Shown here: positions 16,679 to 26,837 of the stretch, one piece after another
Layout of the letters: the number at the start of each line of letters is the position of its first letter
How positions within the stretch are numbered: position 1 is the first letter of the stretch
IMG/VR virus record: IMGVR_UViG_3300026292_000602
Span: 1-64,000 of that record
Origin: a virus
Strand: one strand, 5' to 3'
Length of the DNA: 64,000 nucleotides
Translations under genes and position numbers: made by a program
Notes under the pieces: generated by a model
What the model was told of the DNA's origin: nothing
The model's input: the letters and a program-made list of their open reading frames with translations, nothing else
The model's database searches: none

Positions 16679-19012
16679 CTATATAGCACAACTGTCACAT
16701 ACTTCTTCTTCATCTTCTAGTGGTTTACCATCTGGAAGTCCAACTTGTGGTTCAAAAGAATTTGTAGTCTCCGTTTTAATTTCCTCTTCACTTGGATCAG
16801 ACTTGAAATCGTAAGTGTTTTGATAGTAAGATGTTTTCCAACCATACTTGTAAGTTGTTAACATATCTTGTAACATAACACTCATTGGAACTTCATTGTT
16901 CTCAAAGTGAGTTGGGTTATATGACCAATTACCACTAATGGCTTGATCAAAGAACTTCTGCATTACTGCTACGATATTTATGTAGCCTTCGTTACTAGGC
17001 ATATCCCATAACAAAGTGTAATTATTTTTTAATGTAGTATACTGCGGAACAATCTGCTTAAGAGGCCCTTTTTTACTCTTTTTAACGGACAAGAATCCTC
17101 TAGGTGGTTCGATTCCGTTTGTGGCGTTCGACACAATGGAACTGCTCTCCGAAGGCATTTGTGCGGACAATGTGCTGTGCCGTAGACCATGGGCTGATAT
17201 GTCCTTGCGAAGAGAATCCCAATCATATTTTAATGTTATTGAACATACTTCGTCCAACTCCTTTTTATATGTGTCAATCGGCATAATGCCATCACTATAT
17301 TTAGTGCGATCAAAGTACTCACATTTTCCTTTTTCTTTTGCTAATTCGTTACTTGCTACTAACAAATAATATTGAAATGCTTCAGATAGTTCGTGTACTT
17401 TAGTAAGTGCTTTCTTATCTGAATACTTACAACCTTGTTTTGCTAGATAATGTGCAAGTCCAATGTATCCTACTCCTAGTGAACGTCTAGCTTTAGTGCT
17501 AACCTCTGCGGCTTTCACTGGATACTTCTGATAATCAATAACTTCGTCTAAAGCTCTTACTGCCAAACCACATAAGTCTTGTAACTCATCTAAGTCTTTT
17601 AGTGTTCCAACATTAATAGCAGAAAGAATACATAATGCAATTTCTCCTTCTGGGTCATCAATGTGTTGTAAAGGTTTAGTAGGAAGTGTAATCTCTTGAC
17701 ATAAGTTACTCATATATACTGTGTCTTTAAATGAACTGTGTGTATTAGAATGATCAACGTTCATTAAATAGATACGTCCTGTTTCAGCTCTCTCCTTGAT
17801 TAGAGCAGAAAACAATTCCATTGCTTTAATCTTACGTTTCCTCAAAGAAGTTTTACGTTCATATTTTACATATAATTCTTCAAACAACTTTTGGTCGGCA
17901 TAGAAAGCCTCATATAAATCTGGTACATCGTGTGGTGAGAAAAGAGTTATGTCGGCGTCTTGTAAGAGCCTTTCGTACATTAATTTATTCAGTTGAATTG
18001 AATAATCTAATCTACGTACTCTGTTATCCTCTGTACCTTTATTATTTTTTAGTACAAGGATATCATCTATTTCATAATGCCATAAAGGGAAGTGAGTAGT
18101 TGCGTTACCACCACGTACTCCATTCTGCGTACAACATCTTACAGTTGACTCGAATTTTTTTAGAAACGGAATCAAGCCAGTGTGTGCTACCTCACCACCT
18201 CGTATCTTAGAATTGATAGCTCTAATACGTCCTGCATTAATTCCTATCCCTGCTCTTTGTGCCGTGTATCTACCAATGGCCATATCACTCGAAAAAATAG
18301 AATCAAGGGTGTCATCAGTATCAACAAGAACACATGAAGCAAACTGTCTAAGAGGAGTACGTACACCGGCCATGATTGGCGTCGGGATATTGATTTTAAA
18401 AAGTGAGGTCGCATCATAATATCTCCTTACATATTGCATACGTGTTTCTTTAGGATAGTCAGCAAATAATGTTGCCGCTATCATCATATACATAACTTGT
18501 GGTGATTCGTATATTTCTCCTGTACTTCTGTCTTGTACAAGGTACTTGTCAACAATTTGTCTTAGCCCTGCATAGGTAAAGTTTTCATCTCTATTATGTT
18601 TGATGTATTTGTTGAGTTGTTTTAATTCTGTTTCAGTATATTTTTCTTTAATAGACTCGTCGTAGACTCCGCCTTTTATATTTCTATCTATAATTTTAAG
18701 TAATGAAATCGGATTGTACTGACCAAACGTTTCTTTATAGATAGGGTAAAGTAATAATCTTGCCGCGGCGTATTGATAGTTGGGATTTTCCAACGTAATC
18801 AGATCGTTAGCAGACTTAATAAGTATCTCTTGTATTTCTTCTGTAGACATTCCATCATAAAATTGAATATTAGCCGTCATTTCAATTTGTGAGGCACTTG
18901 TTCCTGTTAGCCCTTCGGTGGCTTCTTCAACAACAAAATGAATTTTATTAATGTCTAGGGGTTCTACTGAACCATCGCGTTTTTTGATTTGTATACCAAC
19001 GCCATTTGACAT
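16679..19012 (-). CDS. nrdA: Ribonucleotide reductase class Ia alpha subunit with ATP cone
   Basis: KKRDG ATP cone, SNLCQEI, PSESSS, C-terminal CDSC. Confidence 0.97.
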   Translation of the reverse strand: MSNGVGIQIKKRDGSVEPLDINKIHFVVEEATEGLTGTSASQIEMTANIQFYDGMSTEEIQEILIKSANDLITLENPNYQYAAARLLLYPIYKETFGQYNPISLLKIIDRNIKGGVYDESIKEKYTETELKQLNKYIKHNRDENFTYAGLRQIVDKYLVQDRSTGEIYESPQVMYMMIAATLFADYPKETRMQYVRRYYDATSLFKINIPTPIMAGVRTPLRQFASCVLVDTDDTLDSIFSSDMAIGRYTAQRAGIGINAGRIRAINSKIRGGEVAHTGLIPFLKKFESTVRCCTQNGVRGGNATTHFPLWHYEIDDILVLKNNKGTEDNRVRRLDYSIQLNKLMYERLLQDADITLFSPHDVPDLYEAFYADQKLFEELYVKYERKTSLRKRKIKAMELFSALIKERAETGRIYLMNVDHSNTHSSFKDTVYMSNLCQEITLPTKPLQHIDDPEGEIALCILSAINVGTLKDLDELQDLCGLAVRALDEVIDYQKYPVKAAEVSTKARRSLGVGYIGLAHYLAKQGCKYSDKKALTKVHELSEAFQYYLLVASNELAKEKGKCEYFDRTKYSDGIMPIDTYKKELDEVCSITLKYDWDSLRKDISAHGLRHSTLSAQMPSESSSIVSNATNGIEPPRGFLSVKKSKKGPLKQIVPQYTTLKNNYTLLWDMPSNEGYINIVAVMQKFFDQAISGNWSYNPTHFENNEVPMSVMLQDMLTTYKYGWKTSYYQNTYDFKSDPSEEEIKTETTNSFEPQVGLPDGKPLEDEEEVCDSCAI

Positions 19013-19057
19013 TCTACGTGCTCCTAGTTAAAATTTAATTCCTAATTGATAATGTAT

Positions 19058-19483
19058 TTATTGTAGCCAGGGCATCTTATAAATGCGTTGTGAAACAAAG
19101 TTTGTGGGTAATTCAGTCTTTTGAACAACCTCATTGTAGTTGTAGCACAAAATATTATTTTCGATACAAACAGGATAACAATACTCCTCATTATCGTGGT
19201 CTCTAACAATATGTATCTCGAAATTACTTCGAGAAAACCTATTAGTTAATTGTAAAGTGTAACATACTCCGAGGCTATTTGTCAAGTCGCAAATGCTGTT
19301 TTGAGCAAGTAGTTCCCAAGGAGTAGGCCAAGTAGCTTGGTCCCATGGGTCAACACTTAACTTTGAACGGGGTAATTTGTTGTAATAGTCTACAACATCT
19401 TGATATGGGTTGAGACTTACCTCTAGTTGTTCTCTAAATTTAGTCCAGTTAACGAGTTTAACCTCGTAATTGTCATTTGGCAT
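19058..19483 (-). CDS. Hypothetical phage protein
   Basis: 141-aa ORF in operon. Confidence 0.75.
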   Translation of the reverse strand: MPNDNYEVKLVNWTKFREQLEVSLNPYQDVVDYYNKLPRSKLSVDPWDQATWPTPWELLAQNSICDLTNSLGVCYTLQLTNRFSRSNFEIHIVRDHDNEEYCYPVCIENNILCYNYNEVVQKTELPTNFVSQRIYKMPWLQ

Positions 19484-19484
19484 A

Positions 19485-21113
19485 TTAAGTTTTGTATCTT
19501 ACTTTGAATAATATATCGCCTGTGTCACTTGTAGTCGTGTTCTTCATTGATATAACTACTGTGTCTCTTGCTCCATTGGAGTCTTCGTCTGTTAATTCAC
19601 AACTAAATGTTAAATTTAATTCGTAAGTTGATGCACCTGAGTATGTAAAGTCATCTGTAATCTTTGTTGTATTGTCTGCAAGGTTACATACAATATCTAG
19701 TGTACCTTCTCTAACTGCATTAACTAATGAACTTTTGTAAATGTAGTCAACTACAACACCTCTAGTAGAGTAACCTGGTACTCTTAAAACTCTTGTTGCA
19801 GTATTTTGTTGTGTTACAGGAAATCTGTAACTAAATTCGTTATCAAATACGCCTGGTCCTTCTACTTCTGGAACATAAGCATATCCTGACATAAAGTTTT
19901 GATCATAACTTAAACTAGATGTTCTGTCAAACCAATCAGCAGTAGATGAGTTAGAAAGAGCAGTACCATCTGTAAATTTAATAATACTGTAAGTAGCATT
20001 ACCTTCGTTACCACCATTGTTTCCAACACCTATATATCTATTATTGTGTGAAGTATTAAAGTTTCCTTTATGTACCCAAAGAGCTTGTCTATCTATGTCG
20101 TGGAATTCACTCGTTGTAACTACGTTACGTTGCGGTCCAGTCGCCATTCCTGTTTGACCTATGTTTGTAGACTCACCCCAAGCAATTCCGTATCTTAACG
20201 TATCGAACTCACACTTGTCAAAAACGTTTTCTACTACGTCGTAATCTGAACGTACTCCGTAACCATTGCTTTTAAATTTAATATTTTTAAATGTATTTCT
20301 ATTACAAGAAACAGCAGTTGACAAACTAACCATTTTAATACCAATTTGGTTTGCTCCTGGTACTCCGCCACTTGCCCAAGTTCCTTGTATTTCTAAATCT
20401 TCGAATGTACTTTCTTTACATGAAGTTAGTAATATACCTGTGTTTGTAGTATTTTGTACTAAAGTCATACCCTTTAACAAAATCTTTTGTGCTTGAGTTA
20501 ACGTTGTACTTGAACTGTCTTGTGCATAACTTCCTGGTGTTGATCCTGAGTTAACAGTTTCAAATATAGGAACGTTGCCACCTTGTGTAATTTTTACTTT
20601 ATCTTTTCCTGCACCAACTAATGTTGCGTAAGGTGGAAGTTTCAAACTTGCACTTAATAAGTATTCACCTGCTGGTATAGTTAATGTTACTCTACTTGCA
20701 GTTGAACCTTTAGTTGCAGTATTAAGATATAATTGATCAATAGCTCTTTGTAATACTACTGTTTGATCTGATCCATCACCTGTAGCACCATAAGATTTAA
20801 CACTTACTTCTTCGTCTAAACGTTCTTGTAGTGTTCTTGTAACAGGCAACATAGCAGTTGCGCCTGTTTGCATTGTAGTAATTTCTTTTTGATATGTATA
20901 TTGATCTGCGAAGCTGAATAAGTTATCATGCTGAGTTAGTACTTTTGTATTACCAACTGCTGGAGATCCTTCTGAAACAGATCCGTTACCTATGTAAAGT
21001 TCTCTAGTATCAACTGCCCAACCAAACTCACCACCTGCTAATTGTGGTACGCCTGATCCAACGTTCTTTTGACCTCTACGTACTTGTATTCTTGAAATTT
21101 GTACTATCGCCAC
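19485..21113 (-). CDS. Virion structural / tail-associated protein (Mtd-like N-terminus, beta-helix)
   Basis: MAIVQISRIQVRRG...LAGGEFGWAVD; SVKSYGATGDG..IPAGEY pectate-lyase-like start. Confidence 0.75.
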   Translation of the reverse strand: MAIVQISRIQVRRGQKNVGSGVPQLAGGEFGWAVDTRELYIGNGSVSEGSPAVGNTKVLTQHDNLFSFADQYTYQKEITTMQTGATAMLPVTRTLQERLDEEVSVKSYGATGDGSDQTVVLQRAIDQLYLNTATKGSTASRVTLTIPAGEYLLSASLKLPPYATLVGAGKDKVKITQGGNVPIFETVNSGSTPGSYAQDSSSTTLTQAQKILLKGMTLVQNTTNTGILLTSCKESTFEDLEIQGTWASGGVPGANQIGIKMVSLSTAVSCNRNTFKNIKFKSNGYGVRSDYDVVENVFDKCEFDTLRYGIAWGESTNIGQTGMATGPQRNVVTTSEFHDIDRQALWVHKGNFNTSHNNRYIGVGNNGGNEGNATYSIIKFTDGTALSNSSTADWFDRTSSLSYDQNFMSGYAYVPEVEGPGVFDNEFSYRFPVTQQNTATRVLRVPGYSTRGVVVDYIYKSSLVNAVREGTLDIVCNLADNTTKITDDFTYSGASTYELNLTFSCELTDEDSNGARDTVVISMKNTTTSDTGDILFKVRYKT

Positions 21114-21137
21114 TTACTTGCTCCTTATACATTGTAT

Positions 21138-21818
21138 TTATGCGAAACGGTCATAGTACATATACACACGATCCCACCATTTTGACTCCCAATGTTTAAA
21201 ATCGTCTGGCCATAGGTCAAATTGCTGATACTGTCCATCACGAGAACACATAAAAACGTGGCCTTCTTGTATTTTAGTACCATATACTTCATTGTGGGCT
21301 AAGGCATAGGCGGCTAACTGTAATTTATAGTCATCTACCCATTCTTCTTTTTTAGGCTTGTTTGTTTGTTTAAAGTCCATGATACATTCCACGCCGTTAA
21401 ACACGCCTACGAGGTCTGTAGTACCGGCATAAATCTTCGGGTGGTATAATGCTACCTCAGAACCCCATATTTCGTTAATATTAGCTACTGCGTTATCTTT
21501 AATAACACTAGCCATACTATTTGCTTGTTGACTAAAAGGATTACTACCTGCTTTAGGCCATTCTCCTGTGTCAATATAATCTTCTAAGAATTTGTGCATA
21601 CGAGTACCAACACTTGCGGCTTCTGTAACAATCTCTTGTGCTTTTGCTTCACCTACTCTTTTACGCCAGTTATTAATAGCTGTCATATCTTTAGTTTTGC
21701 TTAATATAGTTGTTACACTTGCAACCTTATTTCCATCGGGACAAGCATAAAGCCTTTTTCCGTCTACGGATTCTCTCTTTAACTCTTTATAGTCAAACTT
21801 CTTTTTGATTAGACTCAT
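21138..21818 (-). CDS. PD-(D/E)XK exonuclease
   Basis: SVTTIL, GTRMH, AGTTD, MDFK, QLAAYA. Confidence 0.88.
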   Translation of the reverse strand: MSLIKKKFDYKELKRESVDGKRLYACPDGNKVASVTTILSKTKDMTAINNWRKRVGEAKAQEIVTEAASVGTRMHKFLEDYIDTGEWPKAGSNPFSQQANSMASVIKDNAVANINEIWGSEVALYHPKIYAGTTDLVGVFNGVECIMDFKQTNKPKKEEWVDDYKLQLAAYALAHNEVYGTKIQEGHVFMCSRDGQYQQFDLWPDDFKHWESKWWDRVYMYYDRFA

Positions 21819-22347
21819 TAGCCTCGCTCCATTTTGCTTTAAAATTAATTACAAGACAACGTCTTTTGTGCTTGTAAGGATAAGTTGCATGATTAACATT
21901 TCCGTTCATAATAATAGTCTTTCCTGGACTAGGTGGAAACTCATGAAATTCAATTTGTGTATTAGGGTGTGCCAACATTGTAACAAGACATCCGTCTTGT
22001 GTAAACATATCTTCTTCTTCTTTATTATCAAAATACATAACTGTACTAATTAAATTTGTTTTGTTAGTGTGATTGTGTATGCCTTGATAACCATATGGGT
22101 TATATGTAATATACCAAGACTGGTCTGGTTCAATATGTTCTATTGGAATATTTAATGCTTGTATTTTCTTTAAGACCCACATAACATAATCAAGTGATAT
22201 AGAATTTAAGTCTATACTGTTTTGTGTTCTGTCTGGATACTCTGTTGTTTCTGTGAAGGAGTTTAACATTACCTTGTGCATAGTGTCGTAATGTTCGTAT
22301 TCAGTTTCTATTAAAAACTGTCCAGAAGCAAAGTAATTATTGTCCAT
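21793..22347 (-). CDS. 2OG-Fe(II) oxygenase-like protein
   Basis: HNH...H.TYP..RR DSBH pattern. Confidence 0.7.
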   Translation of the reverse strand: MDNNYFASGQFLIETEYEHYDTMHKVMLNSFTETTEYPDRTQNSIDLNSISLDYVMWVLKKIQALNIPIEHIEPDQSWYITYNPYGYQGIHNHTNKTNLISTVMYFDNKEEEDMFTQDGCLVTMLAHPNTQIEFHEFPPSPGKTIIMNGNVNHATYPYKHKRRCLVINFKAKWSEANESNQKEV

Positions 22348-23191
22348 CTTTCATCCAGTCGTGCCTGTCAGGGTCTAGTGTATGTACCATACCAGGAAGT
22401 GTTTCATCTGGTGCAAAGTATTCAAAGTCAAAGTCAACAACAAATGTTCTACGTGGTTTCTTTGCAGGATAAACACCATGCCATACCCTGCCGTCCATAA
22501 TAACTGTTCTACCCGGATAAGGTCCAAACTGTGTCATTACCTGTGTTCCATCTGGGTTAGGCATTAATGTATATAACATACCATTGTCTGCTGATTGTTC
22601 GTTAGTACCTGTTGTAGGTTGTGCGTCCATGGCCATTACCATACTAATACATAGTGGACCATGATTGTGTATTGCTTGATAACCTCCGTCATCATAATCA
22701 ACACACCAACACTTACTAACTTTAATATTTTTTACTGGAATTCTATTTTTTCTAATTTGTTTCATTACCCAGTCAAGTAACTTATCCCAATTAAGTTTAT
22801 CAAACTTACTTTGATCTATTGGTGGAAAGTTTGATCCTTTGTTATCTTTATTAATATCAAATTCTGTTTCGTTTAATGTTTGTGAACTAGGAAAGCCTTT
22901 TTGTTCTGGCGTGTCTGGATTCATTTTATCTGAACGTACTACACTACCTCCCCACTCTGGTAAGTTTTTAGGAGTTACATCATATTGATATCCTCTAAAT
23001 GTAGTTTTAATTCTAGCTTCGTCTTCTCCTCTAAATTCTTCGTTCTCAAATAATGTTAAGAACTCATCATAAAAAGGACATTTCGTATCTATAATCCATT
23101 GATTCATTGCACTATGAAATTCCGTATTTGAATTAGGATTTCTATTTGCAAAATTCTCAGGTGCTATGTGTTCAGTCTTTTCCGTCGCCAT
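22337..23191 (-). CDS. 2OG-Fe(II) oxygenase-like protein (paralog of the previous gene)
   Basis: GYQAIHNH...WHGVYP..RR. Confidence 0.7.
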   Translation of the reverse strand: MATEKTEHIAPENFANRNPNSNTEFHSAMNQWIIDTKCPFYDEFLTLFENEEFRGEDEARIKTTFRGYQYDVTPKNLPEWGGSVVRSDKMNPDTPEQKGFPSSQTLNETEFDINKDNKGSNFPPIDQSKFDKLNWDKLLDWVMKQIRKNRIPVKNIKVSKCWCVDYDDGGYQAIHNHGPLCISMVMAMDAQPTTGTNEQSADNGMLYTLMPNPDGTQVMTQFGPYPGRTVIMDGRVWHGVYPAKKPRRTFVVDFDFEYFAPDETLPGMVHTLDPDRHDWMKDGQ

Positions 23192-23513
23192 CTTCCCGCC
23201 TTTCATCTACCCAGGGGTGTTCCCAACTTGTATAATAAGGATCATTAAAGTTAGGATCGTCCATACCTTCAACTCCTTTTACTTCTGGGATATAATGTTT
23301 AAGCATATTCTCTACGCCAAGTTTTAATGTTACTGTACTACTAGCACAGCCTGAACAAGCACCACTTAACAACATAGTCGCTATTCCGGTTTCCTCATTA
23401 AAGTTTTGTAGTTCTATTACTCCTCCATGCCCTGCCACTGCTGGTTTAATTTTAGATTCTACTACTTGTTCTATCTCTTTTATTATTTCTTCTTTTGATC
23501 TATCTACTATCAT
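23172..23513 (-). CDS. NifU C-terminal domain (Nfu) Fe-S carrier
   Basis: IKPAVAGHGG...LSGACSGC..S..TLK.GVE. Confidence 0.92.
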   Translation of the reverse strand: MIVDRSKEEIIKEIEQVVESKIKPAVAGHGGVIELQNFNEETGIATMLLSGACSGCASSTVTLKLGVENMLKHYIPEVKGVEGMDDPNFNDPYYTSWEHPWVDERREDGDGKD

Positions 23514-24103
23514 AATACTATATTACTTCTGTCTCTACCATCGCAATTGATAGTAAAGGTTATTCTATTTCCATTACTTTTACTTGCCTGTGTTTTGTGT
23601 GTTAACCAGCCAGGGAAAAGTAACACGTCATTTGTATTTACATTAACTTCTTTCCAGTAGTCATGTATTGTTTTCTCAGGTATACGTGAGTAGTGTGTCC
23701 AGTTAGTTCTCATTAATTGTTCGAACATTAAGTTACCACTATCTTCTGGAACTTGTACATAAGCCGAAACCACTACGTTAGTTGAACCATGATCATGAGG
23801 TAATGTATGAGCATTGATATTATGTATGTTAGTCCAACTACCCGTAGCGACAACGTCTGTATACTGAACGTCCCATTCACGTAAACAAATTTCTATCTTG
23901 GGTCGTAACCAAGTCATAAATTCTTGATTGCACTCCCACATATGAGGTGGGTTAGGATGGCCAGCAGTTGACTTGCCACCATCTGCTTCTGTTTGATGAA
24001 ACTCCGCTTCTTTAGATTGGTAATCTAAAAATGAGTCTACATCGAATCCGGGTGTGTAATTATATTTCCAAACTAGGTTTGGAACGATCTTTACTTCGCT
24101 CAT
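23510..24103 (-). CDS. TIGR02466-like 2OG-Fe(II) oxygenase
   Basis: W.N...HDH...LFPGWLTH...RI. Confidence 0.8.
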   Translation of the reverse strand: MSEVKIVPNLVWKYNYTPGFDVDSFLDYQSKEAEFHQTEADGGKSTAGHPNPPHMWECNQEFMTWLRPKIEICLREWDVQYTDVVATGSWTNIHNINAHTLPHDHGSTNVVVSAYVQVPEDSGNLMFEQLMRTNWTHYSRIPEKTIHDYWKEVNVNTNDVLLFPGWLTHKTQASKSNGNRITFTINCDGRDRSNIVL

Positions 24104-24153
24104 TGTTATACCTCATTACCTAATAGTATATAACAAAAAAACTAAAATGTCAA

Positions 24154-24495
24154 TTAAAGATTGGCGTTGGTTGCTCGTTTCGCCATTTGGTCTACTTGGT
24201 CGGGAGCATTACTTTGGACTGGTGCATCAGCATCAGCTTCTTTTTTAGTAGAAAGGCTAACACCTTTTTCATCAAAGTTCTTTACTAGATTTGCTAATTC
24301 TGGATTGGCATCATATATTTGTTTGAATCCATCATAGTCAAACTGTTGCATATCCATATTTTGCATTAATTGGTTAAGTGCTTCGAATGAAAGATAGGCA
24401 GGCTGATCTTGAGAATCAGCACTACCTATAGTGTTTCTAAAAATTTGAACGAGTGCGTCTTTGGAATTTGTTGCCTCAGTTACTTTACTGAAGTC
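24154..24495 (-). CDS. Hypothetical protein; open frame extends up to the slippery site and is probably the -1 frameshift extension of the upstream gene
   Basis: Frame is open from 24495 (DFSKVTEATNSKDAL...) into the annotated MQNMD ORF with no ATG/GTG/TTG before 24366. Confidence 0.7.
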   Translation of the reverse strand, partial: DFSKVTEATNSKDALVQIFRNTIGSADSQDQPAYLSFEALNQLMQNMDMQQFDYDGFKQIYDANPELANLVKNFDEKGVSLSTKKEADADAPVQSNAPDQVDQMAKRATNANL

Positions 24496-25355
24496 TTTTT
24501 TTTTGAAGTTTCGTTAGTCTTTTTTTTTGAGTCAGTAAGCATTTGGCCTAAGCGTCTGCTTCTTTGTACAGATTCACGTTTTTCTCTATCTGCAACTTCT
24601 TCACCGCCTGTTGCTGGTTCACTTGCTCCGAATTCATCTGCTACTGGTTCTTGTTCAGCACCTGCGTCCGCATCAACTGTTGGTTCCATATCTGCAACTG
24701 GATCCTCTGCAGGAGCCTCAGGGTCTGTTCCCATAGTTGCCGGAGCGCCTTCGCCTGTTACGATAGCTACGCCACCTGTCATTGCTTCTCTTGTAGTTTC
24801 AAAAACTGTATATAGATTTTCTAATGCTGGTTTTACAGTATTAATGAATTCTTCGCTCTTTTCAGAACCAAGTTCGTCTCTGATCTTATCGCCTAATTCT
24901 AGCATTGATTCAGTTTGCATTTCTGCTGTGTCTTCCATCCAGCCTGTAATTCTGTCAACCATGTCTTTAGCCGCCATAACCAAAGTAGCTTCTTCTTCAG
25001 CACCTTCTTTTACTTCTTCTTTAGCTTCTTTGTCTTTGATTGCTTTTTTCATTGGTTCTTTTTTGTCGCCATCTTTGTCAGCGTCAATAAAGTCTGGTTT
25101 TGCTTTTGATCTTTCTGCAATTTCTTGATTAATAACGTCTAGGAACATTCTGCCTTTTTGGTAAGCATCGCTAGTATGTACAGTATCAAAACTTTCATTA
25201 GTTTCAACTGCTGATAGCTGTGTACGTAATCTATTACGTGCATCTTCTAGCTGTTCATTAGTAAAATCATCTAAACGTAACTTTGTTCCGAATGTTTTTG
25301 CTAGTGACTCATTTAAGTCTTTAGCTGATACAATTTTAAGTTCTGTTATTTTCAT
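24480..25355 (-). CDS. Acidic putative head/scaffold-associated protein
   Basis: MKITEL start, E-rich, PDFIDADKDGD motif, late promoter motif upstream. Confidence 0.7.
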   Translation of the reverse strand: MKITELKIVSAKDLNESLAKTFGTKLRLDDFTNEQLEDARNRLRTQLSAVETNESFDTVHTSDAYQKGRMFLDVINQEIAERSKAKPDFIDADKDGDKKEPMKKAIKDKEAKEEVKEGAEEEATLVMAAKDMVDRITGWMEDTAEMQTESMLELGDKIRDELGSEKSEEFINTVKPALENLYTVFETTREAMTGGVAIVTGEGAPATMGTDPEAPAEDPVADMEPTVDADAGAEQEPVADEFGASEPATGGEEVADREKRESVQRSRRLGQMLTDSKKKTNETSKKKTSVK

Positions 25356-25389
25356 ATCTCTTGTTCCTAACTGTTATAGTTATTTATCA

Positions 25390-25833
25390 TCAATCGTCGA
25401 ATACATACTCGTCTAATTGGCAAATATAATCCCAAGTATGGTCTTTAGCTAGTTCAAACCGCATTTCCGCGGCTTCTCTACGGAATTCATCGTCTGTAGA
25501 CTCTATAGTATGCTTATGGAAAATACTGTCCATATAGTGTTTACCCAGGTTTTGATCCAATCTAAGCACCTCTACTTCTAGATTTGGGTTATTTCTAGCT
25601 CTTGCTTTAGAGTATGCTATTGCTCCACGTTTACTAAAGGTTGTAGCAATTCTTTTATGTGTCTTAACATCAAATAGTATGAACCCACCTTCTTTTTTGG
25701 ATTCTCTAAATATCGTATTCTTTATGCGTACTGACTTACCTTTACCTTTTACGTATGGCATATGAACTCTCTTGAGTCCACTTTCCATTATGTCGTCTAA
25801 GTCTGCTTTAAGTTTAGTCGGGTTCATTAGCAA
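25390..25833 (-). CDS. Hypothetical protein
   Basis: ORF in late operon. Confidence 0.7.
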   Translation of the reverse strand: MLMNPTKLKADLDDIMESGLKRVHMPYVKGKGKSVRIKNTIFRESKKEGGFILFDVKTHKRIATTFSKRGAIAYSKARARNNPNLEVEVLRLDQNLGKHYMDSIFHKHTIESTDDEFRREAAEMRFELAKDHTWDYICQLDEYVFDD

Positions 25834-26020
25834 CTACCACAATCATTCCATTACGATTAACTTTAGTTATTAGAGCTTTTCTAATAAGTCCTTCGATAAC
25901 GAATTGTTCTCTTTCAGGGAAACTGTTCATTGGTAACGGATTTTGTACTTTTGCTAGTACTTCTTTTTCTTCGTTACTTGTTTGAACGGTGAATTCTCCA
26001 ACTAGATCATTTATTTTCAT
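25814..26020 (-). CDS. Hypothetical protein
   Basis: MKINDL start, coupled stop/start. Confidence 0.7.
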   Translation of the reverse strand: MKINDLVGEFTVQTSNEEKEVLAKVQNPLPMNSFPEREQFVIEGLIRKALITKVNRNGMIVVVANEPD

Positions 26021-26475
26021 TAGACTACCTTACCTGCCATTGGATTAGTTCCTACGGCTTGGTCTGCTTTCTTTTTGACTATTGAATCTAGTTCTTTTCT
26101 ATTATATACAAATGCTTGAGGCTCTCCTGGTTTGGCCTCTGGATTTTTCAATGTTACTTGATCTCCTTTAACATCATCTATATCGAATTCAGTTTCTTTT
26201 CCCCCTTGAGTGGGTATTGCTATTTGTTTACCTTTTTTAAGTATAGCTTGTGAAACTTTGCTTTGTGCTTGTTTTACGGCTTTCACTGCCTTTGCGCCTA
26301 TGCCTTTTGCGGCGTTGGCACCGATCTTACCTAATTGAGCTCCCATCTTAACGCCAGCTTTTGCCGCCGCTGATCCCATCTTCGCACCAACACGGCCAGC
26401 AACGGCTCCTATTGCAGGTACTACTTCAACAATCTCTTGTTCTTTGATAGGTGATGTAAATTCTTTAGCTCTCAT
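26020..26475 (-). CDS. Hypothetical Ala/Lys/Gly-rich protein
   Basis: MRAKEF start, coupled stop/start. Confidence 0.7.
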   Translation of the reverse strand: MRAKEFTSPIKEQEIVEVVPAIGAVAGRVGAKMGSAAAKAGVKMGAQLGKIGANAAKGIGAKAVKAVKQAQSKVSQAILKKGKQIAIPTQGGKETEFDIDDVKGDQVTLKNPEAKPGEPQAFVYNRKELDSIVKKKADQAVGTNPMAGKVV

Positions 26476-26837
26476 TATTTTCTTCTCGGTATTTTTCTTC
26501 CAGTTCTAAATTTCTTTCTTCTTGTTGGAGCTCTTTTATATTTCTTCTGTGTCTGTGGCTTGTTAGCTTTTGTAAGTCGTTTAGTTAATGCTCCTGCTCT
26601 TTTAATACGTGCAGTCTTAACTTTCATTACACTAGCCTTACGTGCCTTAGCTCTCTTTATATTTATAGCACTTCCAACTCTCTTCTGTGCGTTACAGGTT
26701 GACGGTTGTGCTACAATTCTGCCCTTACGTGATCCACTTGTACATCTGTACTTACGAACCATTTTACCTTTATTTCTTCCCCAGATTTGAATAACACCTT
26801 CTTTGATAGATTCAGTCATAATCTCGTTGATCTTCAT
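26475..26837 (-). CDS. Highly basic protein (paralog 1)
   Basis: IW.R..K.VRKYRCT.G.RKGRIV motif shared with the neighbour. Confidence 0.75.
   Translation of the reverse strand: MKINEIMTESIKEGVIQIWGRNKGKMVRKYRCTSGSRKGRIVAQPSTCNAQKRVGSAINIKRAKARKASVMKVKTARIKRAGALTKRLTKANKPQTQKKYKRAPTRRKKFRTGRKIPRRK

Noticed and set aside
15562-19012. Intron or intein in nrdA/nrdB
   Set aside because: Both ORFs are continuous and of normal length
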